From positions 186,001 through 250,000 of the IMG/VR virus record IMGVR_UViG_3300045125_000071: DNA of 64,000 bases. One strand, given 5' to 3'. Position 1 is the first letter of the stretch. Each line of letters opens with the position of its first letter. This document shows positions 59,403 to 64,000 of this stretch, piece after piece. The position numbers and the translations under genes are program-made. The notes beneath the pieces were generated by a model. The model searched no databases. It saw nothing but the letters and a program-made list of their open reading frames with translations, and was not told where the DNA came from.

Positions 59403-60416
59403 ATGAAAATAGCTATTATTGGTGGTGGTTGGGTTGGTTGTCATCTTGCTTATAAATTACGAAATAATCATGATGTTGTCATTTATGAAAAAAATGATAA
59501 ATTATTTTTAGAGACATCATATAATAATCAAAATAGATTGCATAATGGGTATCATTATGCCAGAAATTATCGTACCAGAAATCTTTGTATATCAACTTTT
59601 GAAAATTTCATTAATGATTATGGATTTTTAATCGGTGATATTGACAAAAACTACTATTGTGTACCTGGAAAAAAATCATTTATAGATTTTAAAACTTATT
59701 TACAAATATTTGAAAATAAAGAAAAGATTATTGATGTTAATATTTTACAAAATATTGATGGTTGTATAAATACAAATGAAAAATATATAAATTTTAAAAA
59801 AGCACACATTTTCTTCAATAATAAACTATCAGATTTATTTGTACAAGAAACTATATGTAAAAATAAACTTAAACGGTTATTAAAAAAATTTGATTTGGTA
59901 ATAAATGCTACTAATAACACATTAAAGGATAAAAAATATCATGATAGTTTTTTGAATTAACTATATCATTATTATATGAAAAAATTAATGATATATCATT
60001 CGATGCTTTAACATTGGTTGACGGCGACTTTTTCTCCATATATCCTTACATTGATAATTTATATACTGTAACTGATGTTCAATATACACCGATTAAAAAA
60101 TTTAAAACAAAAGAAAATTCATTAGTTTATGCTAAAAAAATTGATGATATTTTTTGTGGAAAAAAGAAAAATGATATTGAAAAAAAAATATTAAATTATT
60201 ATACAAATTTCAAAAATAATTTTATTTACAAAAGACTTTTTCTTATCAATCAAATCTAAATATAAAAATGCATCTGATGATAGATATCCAATTATCACAT
60301 TAGAAAATAATATTCTTAATTGTTTCACTGGTAAAATCCAGGGTATCTACATTATAGAGAATGAGGTTAATAATATTATAAAAAACTTAAAGAACAATAT
60401 TAATACTATAGATTAA
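59403..60416 (+). CDS. FAD-dependent oxidoreductase (frameshifted)
   Basis: IAIIGGGWVG, NQNRLHNGYHY, VDGDFFSIYPY, GKIQG. Confidence 0.75.
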
Positions 60417-60455
60417 ATCACAATAAAAGTTTATATTATTATATAAATTAATAAG

Positions 60456-61231
60456 ATGAAAAATATAATCATTGGCTACACTGGTGTAGTTGGAAAAACA
60501 TTGGTTGAAAAAAATACGTATAATTTATTATACAATTCAACAAATATCAATGATTTCAAAAATCAAGTTGAAGATGGTGACGAATTAACATTATGTTGTT
60601 TACCAGCAACAAAGTGGTTAGTAAATAAAAATCCAATCGCCGATTTAAACAATATAAGAAATATTATAGACATTATATCACAAAAAATATTCTAAAGTAA
60701 TTTTAATATCAACTATAGACATTTATAGTGATTCACCATTATATGTTGATGAAGAATATTCACCAAATATTAAATCATTATCATATGGTTCAAATAGATA
60801 TTTCTTTGAATTATTAGTTAGAGAATATGTTAAAACTGATGATTTAAAAAATATTTAGACTTCCAGCCGTATTTGGTAAACATATTAAAAAAAATATATT
60901 ATACGATTTACTTTATGACAATAATGTTAATGAAATTACTATTGATTCATCATTTCAATGGTATGATTTGGAATTGTTAAATTTAGATATTCGTAAATAT
61001 AGTGAATACTACCCTGGAGCGACATTGTTCAATTTTTTTACCGAACCATTACATACTAGTTTTATTGTTGATTTATTTCCACATTTAAAGGATAAGATAT
61101 TTTATTTCAAGAAAGACTCAATACAATACGACTATAAGACAATGTACAATAGTATTAATGGATATATGTACAATAAAAATCAAATATTCAATAGTATCAA
61201 AAGGTTTGTAGATGGCTTTAGCGTTAAGTAA
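60456..61231 (+). CDS. NAD-dependent epimerase/dehydratase-like (frameshifted)
   Basis: IIGYTGVVG, LPATKW, ISTIDIY, YGSNR, RLPAVFG. Confidence 0.7.
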
Positions 61232-61970
61232 TTTTGCGTGGGATAGAGAAGATGATGATATAATCTTCAATAAAATTAAAGAAATTGGGTTCTCAAATAT
61301 TGAATGTGTACTAACAAAAATTAAAGACTGGTCAGATTTATCTACGCAAGACATAATCGATTATAAGCATTTTTAAATAGTGAAAAAATTAATCCACATT
61401 CAATACAATCATTATTCTATAATGTAAAATGTTCTGGTATTAATGATATTGAAATTATTATATCACATTTTGATAGATTAATTCATTATGGTAAAATATT
61501 GGAAACAAAAGTTTTAGTTTTTGGTTCCCCAGGTTTAAGAAAAGCTATTGATAATTGGGAAAAACACATATCAATAATTTTTAAAGAAGTTGATAAATTA
61601 TTATCGAACACCAATATAACTGTTGTTATTGAACCAAATGCTCCAGATTATGGTGGTGATTTTTTTATAGTGTTTCTGAAATTGTTAATTTTATTAAAAA
61701 ACATGATTTAATCAATATTAAAACAATGATAGATACGCATAATTTGGAAATGCAAGATTTTAACCCAACAATTGTTTATTTAGACAATATTGATTATATT
61801 AGACATATACATGTATCTGAAATTGGATTAAACGAAATTAAACCAAAAATGTTACATTATTCATTATCAGATACATTAAAAAAAACAATTACAGTGGTAT
61901 AATAACTTATGAGGTCAATAAATGTAAAAATTTGTTAGCTTCAATTAATGAATTCTATAAAATTTATGAA
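61212..61970 (+). CDS. Xylose-isomerase-like TIM-barrel sugar isomerase/epimerase (frameshifted)
   Basis: LALSNFAW, LVFGSP, IEPNAPDYG, MIDTHN, HIHVSE, TYE. Confidence 0.7.
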
Positions 61971-63064
61971 AACAACATTAGTATTAGCAGTATATAATAA
62001 TTTTGAATTGACAAAAAATTGTTATAATAGAATCAGAGAGATTTACCCAAAGGCACCATTGGTGATAAGTAGTGGTGGGTCAAATGATGAAACATTAGAT
62101 TGGATACATACTATTAATGACGATTTTACAACATTCACACATACCAATGATAGAATAACATTCTCTGATACATACAACAGGTGTGTTATTTGTAAAAACG
62201 GAAAAATTAGTGTTTATCCATAACGATATGGTCATTGGTAAACACTTGGAAAACATAGATAAGATGTTGGAAGAGGATATGATATTATCCTATACAACAA
62301 TAGAACCACCAGTATTTGCGGGGCACAATAGGCCAGGAAAGATTTTATTAAATATGGGTGATGATTTTGATAAGTTCAACTATCAATTATTTGACAAATA
62401 TGTTGAAGAACATAAAGATGATTGTAAACTATACGATGGTGCCGTATTTTTCATGTCTATGTATAAGAAAGTATTCGAAGATATTGGCGGTTTTGATGGT
62501 AAAACATTTACACCCGCATTTTGCGAGGACGATGATTTTCTTTTGAGAGCCAAATTAAAGGGGTACAAATTAAAAACAACAGAATGTGCAATAACATACC
62601 ATTTTGTTTCAATGACATCAAGGTTCGGAAAGGATATGAAAGAAGATTCATCAAAATATGAATTAAATTCAAATAAAAACTTTGTAAGAAAATGGGGATT
62701 CCAACCATGTTCTTCACTCAATGGGTTATTTAATAAAAGACGATATAAAATACGAAAGAAAACAATGTGTCTTGTATGTGATAACAAGACCCTATTTGTA
62801 AATTACATATTTCATCTTGAACCGTTCTTTTGATAAAATCATAACAACATCTGATGTTGAACCATTTATAAAACTCGAACAAGGGTTCGCTAATGTTGAT
62901 TTAAAATCCAAATTTGAATCACCGTTTGATTGTGATATCGTTGTCTATATTAACGATGAGATTACAAATGAGGATTTCGATACCATTCAGAGATTAAGGA
63001 TTATACACTCCCTATATGAAAAGGAAAGTATAATGTTGGTACATTGACAGTCGAAATCAACTGA
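61966..63064 (+). CDS. GT2-family glycosyltransferase (frameshifted)
   Basis: FIHNDMV, GGFD, FCEDDDFLLR, YHFVSMTSR. Confidence 0.8.
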
Positions 63065-64000
63065 TTATCTTATTGATTTGATTCTATTACCATGTCGGGT
63101 GTTATCTGTTTTAGCACGATTCGAATTGCCTTGGTGTGTCTTTATGTTCAGGGCACCAATACCAATCTCCTGGGTCAAATTCGTGTCTACTCCTAACATC
63201 CATGGCAAACATTCTTGTTAATCACACGATATACACCATCTCTTGGGCTCTAAATCATCATCTGTAAATCCACTGATTAATACTGTTGGGACATCACAAG
63301 CCCATGCAAGCCAAGATAAACCACTACTTAATCCGATGAACATTTCCCGATCTCCTGAATGGTTCTAATCACGTTCTTAATGTCTCCAGGAGGGTGCTGG
63401 GTAGCTCCTAGCAGGGTTTGTATTCCCCATATATCCATCTCCTTCAAATTTGACCAATGTCTTCGACTTCATATCCCTTTGATTTGAGGTAATCAACGAC
63501 TTCCTGCCAACCATTCTGGTTGTTCCAATACTTAGCTTGCGCGGTTGAATGAATTGCTATAGATACTTTTTTCTTTTTATTGACATTGTGTTTTATAATC
63601 GTGGTTTTAGTTCTATATAATCAAGACCTAATATATCAGACGCAATTTTAGTTAAAGGTCCAGATATTGGATTGGTTGGATGATAATCCATATCAATATT
63701 TTTATCTTTTTAAACAACCCTAATCTATATTGCGCATATATATTATTAACAACAGAACCTGGTTTAACAAATTTGATGTCTGTATATGTTTCTCTGAATA
63801 ATTTATTCCAAAATGTTGAACATACGATTTCAACGTTGTATTTCTTTCTGAATTCTTCCACATATGGCATCCATGCTAATGTATCTCCTAATGATTTAGA
63901 TTCAAATGTTATCAATATTTTTTATTACTATAGTCACTGATTAATATCTTTTCATATTCATTAGATTTAATCACCATCTTCCAATCAACAAAATATTTTT
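63065..64000 (-). CDS. TibC/BAHT-like autotransporter heptosyltransferase (5'-partial, frameshifted)
   Basis: FESKSLGDTLAWMPY, CSTFWN, HSTAQAKYWNN, IGLSSGLSWLAWA, LISGFT, DPGDWYWCPEHK. Confidence 0.75.

Noticed and set aside
1-64000. Stop-codon reassignment or programmed frameshifting as the cause of gene fragmentation
   Set aside because: Breaks are frame changes, mostly at homopolymer runs, scattered through many conserved genes. This fits uncorrected long-read indels rather than in-frame stops or true pseudogenisation.

Overview
AT-rich (roughly 30% GC by eye), gene-dense segment of a large or jumbo tailed phage. Perfect TTTG-N19/20-TAnnTTTG promoters point to a Bacteroidota host. The sequence has many single-base indels, mostly in homopolymers, so many adjacent ORF-track entries are fragments of one gene; I re-joined these where conserved motifs continue across frames, and those ends are approximate. 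Positions 1-51.5 kb are almost all minus-strand. They hold arrays of small paralogous genes that share junction sequences, an RNA-repair set (Rnl1, Pnk kinase, HAD), an NAD module (Prs-like plus Nampt-like, NARP1-type pairing), tRNA-Ser, an AAA ATPase, a DnaA domain-IV protein, RmlC, a multi-domain lysin, a PcfJ-like protein, heme oxygenase plus bilin reductase plus a membrane-anchored receiver domain, Dda helicase, thyA and three homing endonucleases. Positions 51.6-63 kb are a plus-strand glycosyltransferase and sugar-modification cluster, converging on a TibC-like heptosyltransferase. The strongest candidate novelty is that both NAD-module enzymes are split into two genes by free-standing homing endonucleases, with no intron or intein. 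The Nampt halves carry charge-complementary extensions (an acidic tail and a basic head) that look like a docking pair, and a consensus host promoter for the second half lies antisense inside the invading HNH gene. GATC appears strongly avoided.
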